Assembly (NCBI GenBank): GCA_951406725.2
Contig: OX597824.1
Span: 86,490,001 to 86,554,000, forward strand
Length of the DNA: 64,000 nucleotides
Origin: Octopus vulgaris
Lineage: Eukaryota
Direction of reading: 5' to 3'
Part shown: piece by piece, positions 41,234 to 53,999 of the stretch
Layout of the letters: each line of letters opens with the position of its first letter
Position numbering within the stretch: position 1 is the stretch's first letter
The notes under the pieces: model-generated
Seen by the model: only the letters and a program-made list of their open reading frames with translations
What the model was told of the DNA's origin: nothing
Database searches by the model: none
Position numbers and translations under genes: made by a program

Positions 41234-41834
41234 AAACCGAGCTTTCGAATTTTTTTTTTTTTTATCTCAGTGGATTCTTAGGTTTTCGATGACAGAAATT
41301 CCGAATATGCAAAAAATTACATTTTCGAAATTCTAAATTACCGCCCTCACACACACACACATTTTTCTTTTATTTTAAAGTTTTTCCGAATTTTTTTTTT
41401 TTTTTTTTTCAAACTACGTGGAAAAATACGGAGATTAACACTATGGCAAACAAAAAATTAATCTATTTCAAATTTTATAGAAAAACTCCAAATTTGATCC
41501 ACACACTCCTTGCCACCCAGCAAAAAAAAGAGTGCGCATGCGCACCAATCTCTACAACTCACTGAAAATGAACGACTGAAACAAGTGATTTTATATAAAA
41601 TTTGAAATTAATTAATTTTTTGTTTGCCATATTGTTAATCTCCGTATTTTTCCACGTGGGTTGAAAAACAAAATTTCGAAAAAAAGTTAAACATTAAAAA
41701 ATTTGTTGCGGGGGTGCGGAAATTTAAAATTTTGAAAACGCGATCTTTTTTTTTTTTTTGGCATATTTAGAATCTCCATCATCGAAAACCTAGGAATCCG
41801 GTGAGAGAAGAAAAAAAATCCGAAAGCTCGGTTT
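41234..41834. mobile_element. Long foldback (palindromic) element with about 250-bp arms
   Basis: AAACCGAGCTTTCG / CGAAAGCTCGGTTT outer arms; ACGTGGAAAAATACGGAGATTAACA..ATGGCAAACAAAAAATTAAT is inverted at about 41610-41658. Confidence 0.8.
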
Positions 41835-42508
41835 TGCCTTCCAGCCTCAACCCTTTCATTACTGTTTATATTTTGAAATGCTCTGTATTTCTTTCAATTA
41901 ATTTTAAATATTACAAAGAATTTAGTAAAATAACTTGGTTATCATTAAGCTGGTGTTAGGAACATAAATTGTGACGAAGGTTTGGTGGAAGATTTTAATT
42001 CAAAACTTTTGAAGACAAGACATTTGAACTACAGAGCCAGAGCCGGTTTCAGCCAGGTTGGTTTCGAAAGGGTTAAGGGGTCGATAAAAAAAGTACCAGT
42101 TGAGCAGTAATCTTGTGCTAAAATTTGAAACCATTCTTATTATTATTGACAGTGGTGGATTGACAGAGTCGTTAAAGCGGTATTTGTCACAGGATTTTGC
42201 ATCTTGTGTTCGAATATCGCCGAAGTCGACTTTGTTTCCAATCCCGACATGGTAAACAACATCATATCCATGAGTGGACAGCATTACTACTACGCCTCAC
42301 ACCTCTTCTGTTAAGAATCTGTTGCCGTGCCAAAGAATCTGTTGTCGTAAGAAAATAATAATTAGCCTCATTGTAAAGATTTTCGCGTAAATTTGTCCGT
42401 TCCACTCCTAGCGAAACATCTTTATCATGAGTCTTGTAAACATTTCCTCCTACTTGAAAATATCAGTCAATCCCTATCACATTCAGCAGATAGGTATGCA
42501 TGCATTCG

Positions 42509-42575
<67 letters not shown>

Positions 42576-42689
42576 CGTTCTGTGTGTGCGTGTATCTATG
42601 TGCAAACTGTTGTTGAACCGCTAAGTTACAGAGGTGTATACAAACAAGCGCTGGTTTTCAACCGGTGGGAACAAATGCACACACACACA

Positions 42690-44470
42690 CGACAGAGTTC
42701 CATATAGTAGTCTGAAGGAGCAAGTTCGGGAGAATAAGGTGGACGAGGAAGTTTTTCCCAACCAAGTTCTTCGATCTTCTGTGATGTGATCTTTGCAGTG
42801 TAGTCACGCATTGTCCTGATGAAACATCACTCCTTTTCGATTCACTAAAGCGGGTCATTTTTTTCTTCAAAGCTTGGTTCAAATGCTCTAATCGCTGACA
42901 GTAGACTTGAGCATTGATTGTTGCATTATGTGGTAACAATTCAAAGTGAATTACTCCTTTGCAATCCCACCAGATAGAGAGAAGAACATTTTTTCCATGA
43001 AATTCCCTTCTCGGGGGTGGTTGAGCTTTTTCCCTTTTACCAAGCCTCTGTTTACGACGTTTAACATTTCGATAGAAGACCCATTTTTCGTCACCAGTCA
43101 CAAGTCTATCTAAAAAGGGTGAAATGAGTTTGCGAGAATGGAGTGAAGAGCAGATGTCAACTCGGGATTTGCGGTTGCTTTCGGACAATTCATGAGGCAC
43201 CCATTTTCTAAGTTTAGGAATCTTTCCGAGTTGTTGAAGATGACGATGAACAGTTGTATGGTTTGAACTAAGCTTTATTGCCAATTCTTCAACTGATAAT
43301 GCAAGATTTTCTTTAAGTAATGCCTCAAGGAGTTTATCATCAAACTCAACTGGACGTTCTGTTCGATCTTTATCTTCAAGGCTGAAATCTCCGCTTCTGA
43401 ATTTTGCAAACCATCTTCTGCAAGTTCTTTCATTCTTTCCCATAAACTGAGTGTATGTTTCGAGTCGCTTTGGCTGCAGTTTCCTTTATGTGTCCCAAAT
43501 GCTCTTTGGATACTTCCATGTTAGAAAGGATTTTAATCAAAGAATGTTTAATTCTATTATTCTGTAAAATAATATTTAATTAGTTTAAATGTACATAAAT
43601 GTGTAGTGGATCTTGCAAGCATGAAGTGGATTCGATCCACCATAGCCAAATTTAAATTAACACTGCAACAGAACTTTTCCCACGGTGGAACAATGTTTTT
43701 TTTGGTTTTTTTCTCTGACAGCAGTTTTACATTTTCCAGATGCCTTTAGCTAGGCCGAAATAATATATTCACCACTTGACCCTTTCTAACCTCTTCTACT
43801 TCGCCAAAGGCTAGAATAGAGATGACAAGACCACCAACTAAATTTATTGTTCTCAATGATATGTCTGTCCTTCTGGATAGTTATAAAAACAAGAACACCC
43901 CAAGCAAAAATCAGTCGGTGACGACTCAATGAGTCCAGTCACATGGCGACCACTCAACCAGGTAGTCACTTCAGGGACAATGAAGTCTGGCCGACCGGCT
44001 AGAACCTTGGTCAAAGGGAGAAATGAAGTTTACCGTCAGCAACTGTGAGACAACACCCTACAATTCTCACTAGCTCTAATTCTGTTCTCTTACATCATTC
44101 TATTTCTCTCTGTAATCACTACTAAACAATGAAGAGGAGACAAACACAAACTTTACTTCGCATGCTTTTGGATTTATCATAACCTGCCCGTCGAGGCAAG
44201 GTACTGTAACGTATCGGTAAATATATATCTCCTTAAAATTTCATGCATTGTTCATCTTTCATATCCTACAACATGCAATTATAACAACAAATTTTTATCG
44301 TTACAACTGCTGACTCCGACATTTCATAATATCGTTTACAAATCAATTTCTCCCGTTACAAATGCATAAAAATAAGTTTTCATTCCATTAGACATTCTAA
44401 AATACTATTAAATTTCATTCAATTTTAAAGAAGGTAAAATCGGACAGAACTTATGGAATGACCTGATATA
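42690..44470 (-). mobile_element. Mariner transposon split by a solo LTR
   Basis: 261-aa ORF with WVPHEL and LVTGDEKW; frameshifted QDNA and PPYSPELAPSDY; TIR-like end GGACAGAACTTATGGAATGACCTGATA at about 44442-44468. Confidence 0.9.
43602..44360. mobile_element. Solo LTR (759 bp)
   Basis: TGT...ACA termini with a 4-bp TSD AATG (43598-601, 44361-64). Related fragments at about 17082-17260 (inverted) and 19790-19910. Confidence 0.75.
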
Positions 44471-44479
44471 TGGCCTGCG

Positions 44480-45747
44480 AAAAGATCATAAGAGCTACAC
44501 AGATCATGTACTTGGGCCACCTACCCTACCTGTTTGTGGTGCCAACAATGCTAACGACCACAAAATATCATATTTTCTTTCACAATTCCTACGACCCTTA
44601 ATAGAGATATCTGCAGATATATGTGATAATACTGAAGACCTCCTGATTAAGTGCCAAGAAGGAGCTTGCGCGACTATCCCAGGGTCATATATTGGCGAGA
44701 CTTAAAGGAGCATCAATGATAGGTTCAAAGAACACCTGGACAACTACATTGAGAAAAAAACGACGAGCTGGCAGACACTTTAGCGCGCCGGGCGAAAATG
44801 CTTAGCGGTATTTCGTCTGTCGTTATGTTCTGAGTTCAAATTCCGCCGAGGTCGACTTTGCCTTTCATCCTTTCGGGGTCGATAAATTAAGTACCAGTTA
44901 CGCACTGGGGTCGATATAATCGACTTAATCCCTTGGTCTGACCTTGTTTGTCCATTCTGTGTTTAGCCCCTTGTGGGCAATAAAGAAATAGGTATTTCGT
45001 CTGCCGCTACGTTCAGAGTTCAAAATCCGCCGAGGTCGACTTTGCCTTTCATCCTTTCGGGGTCGATAAATTAAGTATCAGTTACGCACTGGGGTCGATA
45101 TAATCGACTTAATCCGTTTGTCTGACCTTGTTTGTCCATTCTGTGTTTAGCCCCTTGTGGGTAGTAAAGAAATAGGTATTTCGTCTGCCGCTACGTTCAG
45201 AGTTCAAAATCCGCCGAGGTCGACTTTGCCTTTCATCCTTTCGGGGTCGATAAATAAAGTACCAGTTACACACTGGGGTCGATGTAATTGACTTAATCCC
45301 TTTGTCCTTGTTTGTTCCCTCTGTGTTTAGCCCCTTGTGGGCAATAAAGAAATATAAAACAAACTATATCTTCTATCAGCAAGCTGTAGACTGCCACAAT
45401 GGCTCCTTCGGACGACTTGGGTTAGACATCTTATCTACACATCCCACTGATGCAATGCTGAGACAAGTCACTGAAGCTGTCTGTAGACAAGAATACAAAC
45501 CCACCCTCAACCGTAAATCCGAATGGGGAGACAACACCCAGATTCTGCTTAGGATAACCATCCCTTTTCCCTCATTTACATGTAGAAATCCATACATACA
45601 TGTTGAGATGCTTAATACTGAAATATGAGAGTCAAGCCTATTGAAAATGTTGCAAGACGCAACGAAAAATTTAGGAAAATAAAAATATGAAATAAGTGGA
45701 AATTTTATCGGTGAATGTGTTACATTATAAGGCCCAAAAAGAAAATG
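44480..45747 (+). mobile_element. Penelope-like element remnant (GIY-YIG endonuclease plus pseudo-LTR), split by a SINE B trimer
   Basis: KCQEGAC..SYIGET..SINDRFKEH, then ..RQVTEAVCRQEYKPTLNRKSEWG, followed by the hammerhead-like motif. Confidence 0.8.
45637..45675 (+). ncRNA. Hammerhead-like motif with U3:A8 variant core, just 3' of a Penelope GIY-YIG ORF
   Basis: CCTA-TTGAAAA-T-GTTGC-aagac-GCAAC-GAAA-AATT-TAGG. Confidence 0.55.
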
Positions 45748-47315
45748 AGGATCTTTTCGGTTTGAACGGCAGTTTTTTCTAGCGGTGTCATATGAAATTG
45801 TCACCCATAATTATGACCCTAGTATCGATCTATTGCATTTCAATCTGTTTTAGGGTTAGGGTTAGGAGTGGCGGGAAGGGTATCTTTTTTTTCTTCACGA
45901 ATGTAAATAAACCTAATCTGTTTCTTAAACGAGGGACATATTCATACGGCACAGAATGTGTTCACCTCAATAGACGTCATTGGTTGGTTGAAATTGAAGA
46001 AACAAAAACAACAAATATCTTACAAACTATAGAATTTTCTCAATAAAGCCAAGAGAAAAAGATGTTTTATAAACACATTCTACCAGTATACGAAGTTTAA
46101 AAGTGTTTAGTTACGTGGAAATTATTTTTAAAAAACTGCCGGTCAAACCGAAAAGATTCCATTTCCTTTACTCGTTGGTTAGGGAATTGACTTCAGTGCG
46201 GTTTTGTGTTGAAGAACTCGGGATGAGCCATTGCACAGCTGTTGATTATAACATCTATGTGCAGAGGACTTGCTTCGTCATCCAATTCAAGTTTGTGCTA
46301 AAAATTAACAGCTAAATAACGGTTTTTGGATAAATCTTAAAAGTTGCTGCTATTGCATTAAATGCATATTAAATGCTTAAAACTACAAAAGACGTGTTGT
46401 TCACTCGTTTTCCGCGTGTAGAATATAAATATTGACAATATGTGCTATTTTCAGGATATTGGACGGCAAAACGTACAGTCACGCACAAGATGAAAAATGA
46501 TTTTTATGTGAAAATGATTAATCACACTTTAAACCTCTATAACTTTTTAAAAACATTTTTCTGGAAAAAGTGAAATAACTCCAGTAATTCAGCTTGGAAA
46601 ACTACCTTAATGTGCCAAATATTAAAATTTTCGATAAATTTCAATTTTTGAAATGCTGGCGACCAACCAGAAAAGATCCGCGCCGGGTCTTTCAGTCAGA
46701 TTGCAATATACAGTATCTTTAGCAATCAAAACCTCGTAAGTGAAATTTTGTAGACGGGAACTATAGAAAAAAATGTTCTTTTTCTTTTTTTCTTTTCGAA
46801 GAAGTAGTCCTTACTATTAAACCATAGATCCTGTTACTGGTTTAATACCTTCATTTAATCAATGAGAACCAATAGGGAACACCACGCTGTTGCAAATATT
46901 CGAGACATCTCCAGTCCAAAGGTTACATCCTTCCTACTAGGCACAAAGGCCTAGTACACAAACAGCATTAATTTTATCGATATCAAAAAGATAGACAACA
47001 ATTGCAGTGTGGAAGGTGTTTGTAAGCCATTTAAGAAACACACAAAAGCCGTTCGATTCACTTACAAACACCTTCCACGCTGCAATTGTTTTCGTTTCAG
47101 CACACGATCTCAGATCAAATCACTTGCTATGCAAGTACATCTCCGCAAAAAGATAGAAGTATATTGAAATATAAAGTTTGAAAATAATGTGTGTTTTTCT
47201 GACATTTTTACGTATTTATTTATTCTTCAGCAAATTGGCAAGTTTACTTTCTGTTAAACTTTAAAATGAATTTACTCCCACAGAAACATTTTAGACTTAG
47301 CTTTCATTTTCTCCG

Positions 47316-47507
47316 TACGTGACCGAAATTATGCCTACGTGAGATTTTACAGTTTACAAAATTAACCTACATCTAAAGATTAGATTATTTAAAATACGCA
47401 CACTATGTTTGCCATGTAAACAAATATACATAGATATTTCGGAATTTTATCGCGTTTGTGTTAGTTTAACAACTATATAAGAGGTTAACTCAAACAATTC
47501 GACAGTT
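47316..47507 (+). promoter_or_regulatory. Candidate core promoter of GPx
   Basis: TATATAA at 47474-80 with Inr-like ACAGTT at 47502-07 about 30 nt downstream. Upstream are GTAAACA (forkhead-type, 47416-22) and two TACGTG (47316-21, 47336-41). Confidence 0.4.
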
Positions 47508-47536
47508 GGCTGCAGTAGAGCCTGTCAGTCCAGTTT

Positions 47537-47599
47537 ATGGTAAAGGCACCGAGAAGTGGTGGAACTGAAAAGCTCTCGCACGTTTTTCGTCTTCGGAAG
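47537..47599 (+). CDS. Candidate first exon of GPx (in-frame N-terminal extension MVKAPRSGGTEKLSHVFRLRK)
   Basis: Non-repetitive segment ending in a strong donor AAG|GTATGT (47599/47600). It has 63 nt from ATG and splices in frame to 58721 (AAT AGA ACA ATG). The link to GPx is inferred. Confidence 0.5.
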
Positions 47600-49294
47600 G
47601 TATGTGTGTGTTTTCGGGACTTAAAATTACATCAATTACCTTATTATATCATAGATTACGTTTTTAATTGTCTTGTTTATTATCTATTGATAAACAAAGC
47701 AATGACCATTAAGCAGTGTCGAAGACGTTCGGTGCTATATATCTCCCTGATAAAATGTAATTATAGGGTACCATAAACAGTACCCTTTCAAGTAGTCGGA
47801 CCCTACTTCCTAGCAATTACTTACATTTTTCATTTCTTCTGAACGAAATATGTGAGGTGAAAATCTTAAAAATCTTTAAAAGAATGTGAACTGTACTTCA
47901 TATAAATTTTAGAGGGCCGTTGCTTTTCTTTTTACTTACTCGCATGTATACATTTATCAAACATATGATTTTGAAGTGCCTTCGATTAAAGGAAATTTAC
48001 CGAAATTCCCCCCCCCCCCTACAACACACAACTTGTGGTGGAGGTAAAGAATTCGTACACCACCCGTTTTCGGCGGTTAGGGTCAAGTTTACGGTTAGGG
48101 TCACGCCGAAAACGGGTGGTGTGCGTATTCTTTACCTTCGCCCAATTTGTTACCATAATTTCGAAAAGCTTTCTGCGTGTTCTAAAATATATTGTAGAAT
48201 TTTCTCCTAAAGTATCTTCTTTTGACACTTTGAACTTGATTTACTTTAACCCATAGGCGCTGGGGGGTTGCACTTACATAGCATGGACTGCTAAGCACAT
48301 TTTATGAAAATGAGACCTCCATGCACACACACACAAAAATTAGTTAAAATATCTTCTTAGTATATAATGGTGGCAAGTTTTACATCATCTGAAAAGTCAG
48401 TTAAAATATTAGTCCTCTTGCTTTCTGGTGGGTATCGGAGCATTTGAGTCACATTAGACCCCAACAAATGCTCATAAATGCATCTATCTTGGCCACGATC
48501 GTAGCCTATCGACATGTGTCTGAACGGCCACGATCGTGGCCCGTCACGCTTTATGTGTTAAGCAGTGTTATAAATACTATAATCCCGTGTAATCGGTTTT
48601 GTTCGAAATACTTCACAAACACAGCTAAATTACTGAACCACATAGAAAATGAAAAAAAACCTTTCTTCTCTTTTTTTTCTCTCCTTTTTCTTTTTTCCAC
48701 CCTCCCCGCTTCGGTTTTTCTTTTGTAAGAACATATTACGGTAGAATCGTAACTAGGCACTATTGTTCAGGATTTGTATTTTAATGTGGTTTTGTATTAT
48801 ATATTATATACATGCGCTGTGCTCTTTTGTGGCATAACTACAGAATTGGGCCCCTTCTCCACTTTTGTTTCCACCCACAACTTTGTAAGAAAAATATACC
48901 TAATGATATATTCTAATGATAGTTTCCATAGGTGCATTTTAAATGATACAGATAAAAGTGATAAAATTTGTAAAAAAAAAAAAATTCTTTTTAATTGGGG
49001 GTGGGGGAAACGGGTATGTCCTGTCCCACCATCGACTTTCTTCAACTTTTTTAAAATACGTTTTTTTTTAATGAAATTTTCCGAAGATACTTTTTTGAGG
49101 GCGTAGATTACGATTATCCAGATATTATTTGTAACAAACAAACAAACAAAAAATAACAATAATAATCGTAATCTACACCGTCGAAAACTTAGCTCTCTGG
49201 AAAATTTCATGAAAAAGCATTTTTTTAAAGAAAGTAATGCATGCCGGGAGAGTGAGGAGAGAATTATCCGAAGCCCATCCAAAGAAATTCTTTT

Positions 49295-49715
49295 GGCGAT
49301 CTTTCTTCTCTAGTAGACCTTTCCGTCGATTTCCGTAAAAAACTTTTATTTTTTTACATATGGGCTTGCGGGAATTTTTGAAGTAATGAGAGCGAAAGAG
49401 ACTAAGAGAAAGCGATTGTATGACGAGGGAAGTTCTTTTGAAGTTACCGTGCATGGGACGCATTGATGTACATGTGTGTGTGTGTGTGTTTGATGGGGTG
49501 TGGGAGACAGACAGTATGTTGTGTAAGTGAAGTGCTTCTGTTAGTGTGTGTGAAGAGACAGAGTAATGTGTGAAAGAAAGAGATAACTGAAATTTTTTAC
49601 TCGGTGTATGTGTATATGTATGTATATTACTTCAAAAGCTCCCGCAAGCCCATATGTAAAAAAAAAAATTTTTACGGAAATCGACGGAAAGGTCTACTAG
49701 AGACGAAAGATCGCC
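49295..49715. mobile_element. MITE with about 90-bp TIRs and 8-bp TSD (Merlin-like)
   Basis: GGCGATCTTTC..CTAGTAGACCTTTCCGTCGATTTCCG / inverse; TSD ATTCTTTT at 49287-94 and 49716-23; GG termini. Confidence 0.85.
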
Positions 49716-50107
49716 ATTCTTTTCTTGCAACTTTGACATAATTGTTATCTACACACCTAAAATGTACTTTTTGAAAAATTGTTACAAAAACATGTTTTAA
49801 AGATTTTAAGAAAGTTAATAGGGAACCGAAGTCGTTGGCAGGGGTACTATATTTTTTTTTAGCGTGGCTGTGCGGTTGAAAAGCTTACTTCGCAACCGTG
49901 TGATCTTTGGTTTGGTCCCACTGCACGGCACCTTGGTCAAGTTTTTTCCGCCATAGCCTTGGGCCAGCCAAAGCTTTTATGAGTGAATTTAGTAGGTGAG
50001 ACCTGAAAGAAAAAAGAAACTTGTTGTGTGTGTAGTGAAATCGTCGTCGTGGCTGATCTTTAAATGCTGGGCCTCATGGAGGTGATGAAAAATGACCGAG
50101 ACCTTTG

Positions 50108-50936
50108 TGGAGGCACATGGCCTAGTGGTTAGAGCAGCGAACTCGCGGTTGAGGGATTGCGGGTTCGAATCTCAGACCGGACGAGCTGGCAGAAACATTA
50201 GCACGCCGGGCAGAATGCGTAGTCGTATTTCGTCTGCCATTACGTTCTGTGTTCAAATTCCGCCAAGGTCGACTTTGCCTTTCATCCTTTCGGGGTTGAT
50301 AAATTAAGTACCAGTTACACACTGGGGCCGATGTAATTGACTTAATCTGTTTGTGTGTCCTTGTTTGTCCCCTCTGTGTTAAGCCCCTTGTGTGTAATAA
50401 AGAAACAGATATGTGTGTTTACGAGCGAAACACCTAAGCTCCACTCGGCTCTGGCAGAAGGTAATGACGAACTTCTGCTGACTCTTTCGCCACAACATTC
50501 TCTCACTCTTCCCTCCTGCATCTTGCAGCTCACCTGCGACGGACCGGTGTCCCATCCAGGTGGGGAACCTATATGCCAAGGAAACCGGGAAACCAGCCCT
50601 TAAGAGCCAGGCGTGGCTTGAGAAGGAACAACATGGCCTAGTGGTTAGAGCAGCGGACTCATGGTTGAGGGATTGCGGGTTCAAATCTCAGACCGGATGA
50701 TGTGTGTGTTTATGAGCGAAACACCTAAGCTCCACTCGGCTCCGGCAGAAGGTAATGGCAAACTTCTGCTGACTCTTTCGCCACGACTTTCTCTCACTCT
50801 TTCCTCCTGCATCTTGCAGCTCACCTGCAACGGACTGGCATCCCGTCCAGGTGGGGAAACCTATATGCCAAGGAAACCAGGAAACCGGCCTTTATGAGCC
50901 AGGCATTGCTCGAGAAGGAACAAACAAAAAACAAAA
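50108..50936 (+). mobile_element. Tandem dimer of SINE family C' with a SINE B inside the first unit
   Basis: Two units with heads ATGGCCTAGTGGTTAGAGCAGCG (about 50117 and 50633) inside one 13-bp direct repeat ACCGAGACCTTTG (50095-107, 50937-49). Confidence 0.8.
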
Positions 50937-51547
50937 ACCGAGACCTTTGGCAATATGCTGTGCTTGAGTAGAAGACTTGTGGTGTATGCAAGAGATTCGA
51001 AATAAAGGCACCTACCTTCTCTTCGCTCAGATGGAGACCCTTCAGCGGTAATGGATCCTTCAACACAGCCCGACCCGAACGCTAGAGATAGCAGCTGCTT
51101 CCCCCAACCTTAACGTGATGACCCGTCTTACCCGCTCAGCAACCTGACTCGAAAGGACAGAATCCTGCCCTCGCTGCACGCGCATCACCGCTGTCCCTTC
51201 CGGTCAGCCCCAAGTTCCGGTCAGCTCCCCAGCTGCTGATGTCATCCCACAAGACTCATCAAGCCAAGTGAAATTGTAGTCGTGGCTGTTGCTGGTGTCA
51301 TATAAATGGCACCTAAAGAGTTCCTGTTACACTCTTGGAGTCGTTGGAGTAAGGAAGAGCATCCAGCTGTAGAAACCATGCCAAATCAAACTGGAACATG
51401 GGGTAGCTCTCCAGCTTACCAGTTCCGATCAAACCGTCCAATTCTTGCCAGCATGGAAATCAGACATTAAGTGGTGATAATGATGATGATGGGTGTTTGT
51501 GTTTGCCTGCCCACCTCCACTGCTTGATAGCTGATGTTGGTTTGTTT

Positions 51548-51930
51548 ATGTCCCCCAAGTTGTGGCAACATGACCGGGCAGTGAAAGTGCTACACTGGAA
51601 ACTTTGCAGAACGTTGGAGCTAGAGAGAGGCAAGATATGGTATAAGCACAAACTGCAAAGAGTGGCAGAGTCGGAGACTAACAAAATCCTCTGGGATTTT
51701 CCCAATCCAAATAGATGAGATGCTAGAGCATAACAGACCACACCTAGCAGTGGTGGACAAGGTGCACCACATGTGCTATATAGTTGAAACTGCATGCTCC
51801 TTTGACCCATGAGTAGTCAAGAAGGAAGGCAAAAAGATAGACAGATAAATACAACCCAGCCCGACTATGGAAAATGAAGAAGGTGAAGATAATGCCAGTT
51901 ATTGTTTGATCCTTGAGAACAGTATCAGAA
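51548..51930 (+). mobile_element. R4/Dong LINE endonuclease fragment
   Basis: HDRAVKVLHWKLC..KILWDF..HNRPHL. Confidence 0.7.
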
Positions 51931-53473
51931 GGCAACTTCTTACCACAAAACTAGAGCTGCATTTATAGCCAGTTATAATTAATAAAGCTTATAAACACAG
52001 CAGTTGTTACGTGTCTATATTTCACTACCCTCCCCCAAGGCTTAAATAAACAAAACTATCATGAGCTTACATGCTTTCTTATTTCTTTATTGCCCACAAT
52101 AGAGGGGACAAACAAGTACAGACAAACGGATTAAGTTGATTACATCGACCCCAGTGCGTAACTGGTACTTAATTTATCGACCCCGAAAGGATGTAAGGCA
52201 AAGTCGACCTCGGCGGAATTTGAACTCAGGACGTAGCGGCAGACAGGCTTACATGCTTTCTTATTTCTTTACTACCCACAAGGGGCTAAACATAGAGGGG
52301 ACAAACAAGGACAGACAAATGGATTAAGTTGATTACATCGACCCCAGTGTGTAACTAGTACTTAATTTATCGACCCTGAAAGGATGAAAGGCAAAGTCGA
52401 CCTCGGCGGAATTTGAACTCAGAACGTAGCGGCAGACAAAATACCTATTTCTTTACTACCCACAAGGGGTTGAACATAGAGGGGACAAACAAGGACAGAC
52501 AAACGGATTAAGTTGATTACATCGACCCCAGTGCGTAACTGGAACTTAATTTATCAACCCCGAATGGATGAAAGGCAAAGTCGACCTCGGCAAAATTTGA
52601 GCTCAGAACGTAACGGCAGACGAAATACGGCTACGCATTTTCGCCCACTGTGCTAACGTTTCTGCCAGCTTGCCGCCTTAATCTACTATGGAGATTTATC
52701 AGTAAAAATATTATTTGTAAACAAAATTTTTTTTTTTTAAATTCCAACCCATTGAAAAAGTATAGATTGGTGTAGAAAAAGATATTTTGGAGACAACATA
52801 AACTTGTTTTGGAAAAAGCAAATGAAATATAGACAAGGTGTGTTTACATCCCCGTCACTTAGCGGTTCGGCAAAAGAGACCGATAGAATAAGTACTGGGC
52901 TTACAAAGAATAAGTCCTGGGGTCGAGTTGCTCGATTAAAGGCGGTGCTCCAGCATGGCCGCAATCAAATGACTGAAACAAGTAAAAGAGTAAAGCAAGA
53001 ATCAGTAAGAATGTTTGTAGGTGTTATCAATTATGAAATCATCATTATTTAGTGTCTGTTTTTCATGCTGGCATGGGTTGGACAGTTTGACAGTAACTGG
53101 CAAGACAGAGAGCCACACCAGGTGACATTGTTTTGGTATGGTTGCCCTTCTTAATGCCAACCAGTTTAGAGTGAACTGGGTACTTTTTATGTGGCACCAG
53201 CACAGCATGGCACCACCACTTCCCAAATATAAGAATAATTTTTTTTTCTTATCCATTGTTTTTTTGTAATAAATAAATTAAATAGAAAAGTTCTAATTAA
53301 TTTGAGAATTTATATATCATTGCTATTTTAACATCTACTTTTCCATGCTTTCTTTGAAACTGGCACAGCATTGGTTACAAGGGTTCCAGTTGATGTAATC
53401 AGTGGAACACCCTGCTCATGAAATTAACGTGCAAGTGGCTGATCACTCCACAGACACACATACCCTTAACATA

Positions 53474-53999
53474 CCATAAATCCTCAAGTATAGTCCACCC
53501 TTGAGTATAATATGCAGGGGATTTTAAGAGGAGGTGTACCTCTGGAAAACCTAAACCTTGTGTATAATATGCACCCCTTCTCTAACTTGAGTCATGCATA
53601 ATTAAGCCAGCAGCACCGAGTCGACCAAACACTTCCGCGCATGCGTAATACAATAATAGTGATGTTCTTAACTGTTATATGGGAATGTAAATATGTTTGC
53701 AAATTATTTTTGTTTCATGTTATTCTGTGTTCTGAATACTTTTATTTTAATAAATGTTGCTTACTGCAAGTTATGGATGATTCTTTTATGACTTCATTGC
53801 TTTCAGGCTTAGCTTAAGGTATTTTCACGCCCGACATCACAAAATGCGTCTAAATAAAAACATTGCCAGACAGCAAATAGAGACTCGGACATTGCTTAGA
53901 AAATATTTTTCATTTTTAACCTCATATATAGTATGCACTAGGGATTTTGACCTTTAAATTTTGGAGAAAAAAGTGCGGATTATACTCGAGGATTTACGG
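53474..53999. mobile_element. pogo/Tigger-like MITE inserted in an older SINE
   Basis: TIRs CCATAAATCCTCAAGTATAGTCC / GGATTATACTCGAGGATTTACGG; TA on both sides. Confidence 0.8.

Noticed and set aside
48797-49282. 161-aa - strand ORF
   Set aside because: AT-rich repeat-like sequence with no recognisable domain or splice structure.
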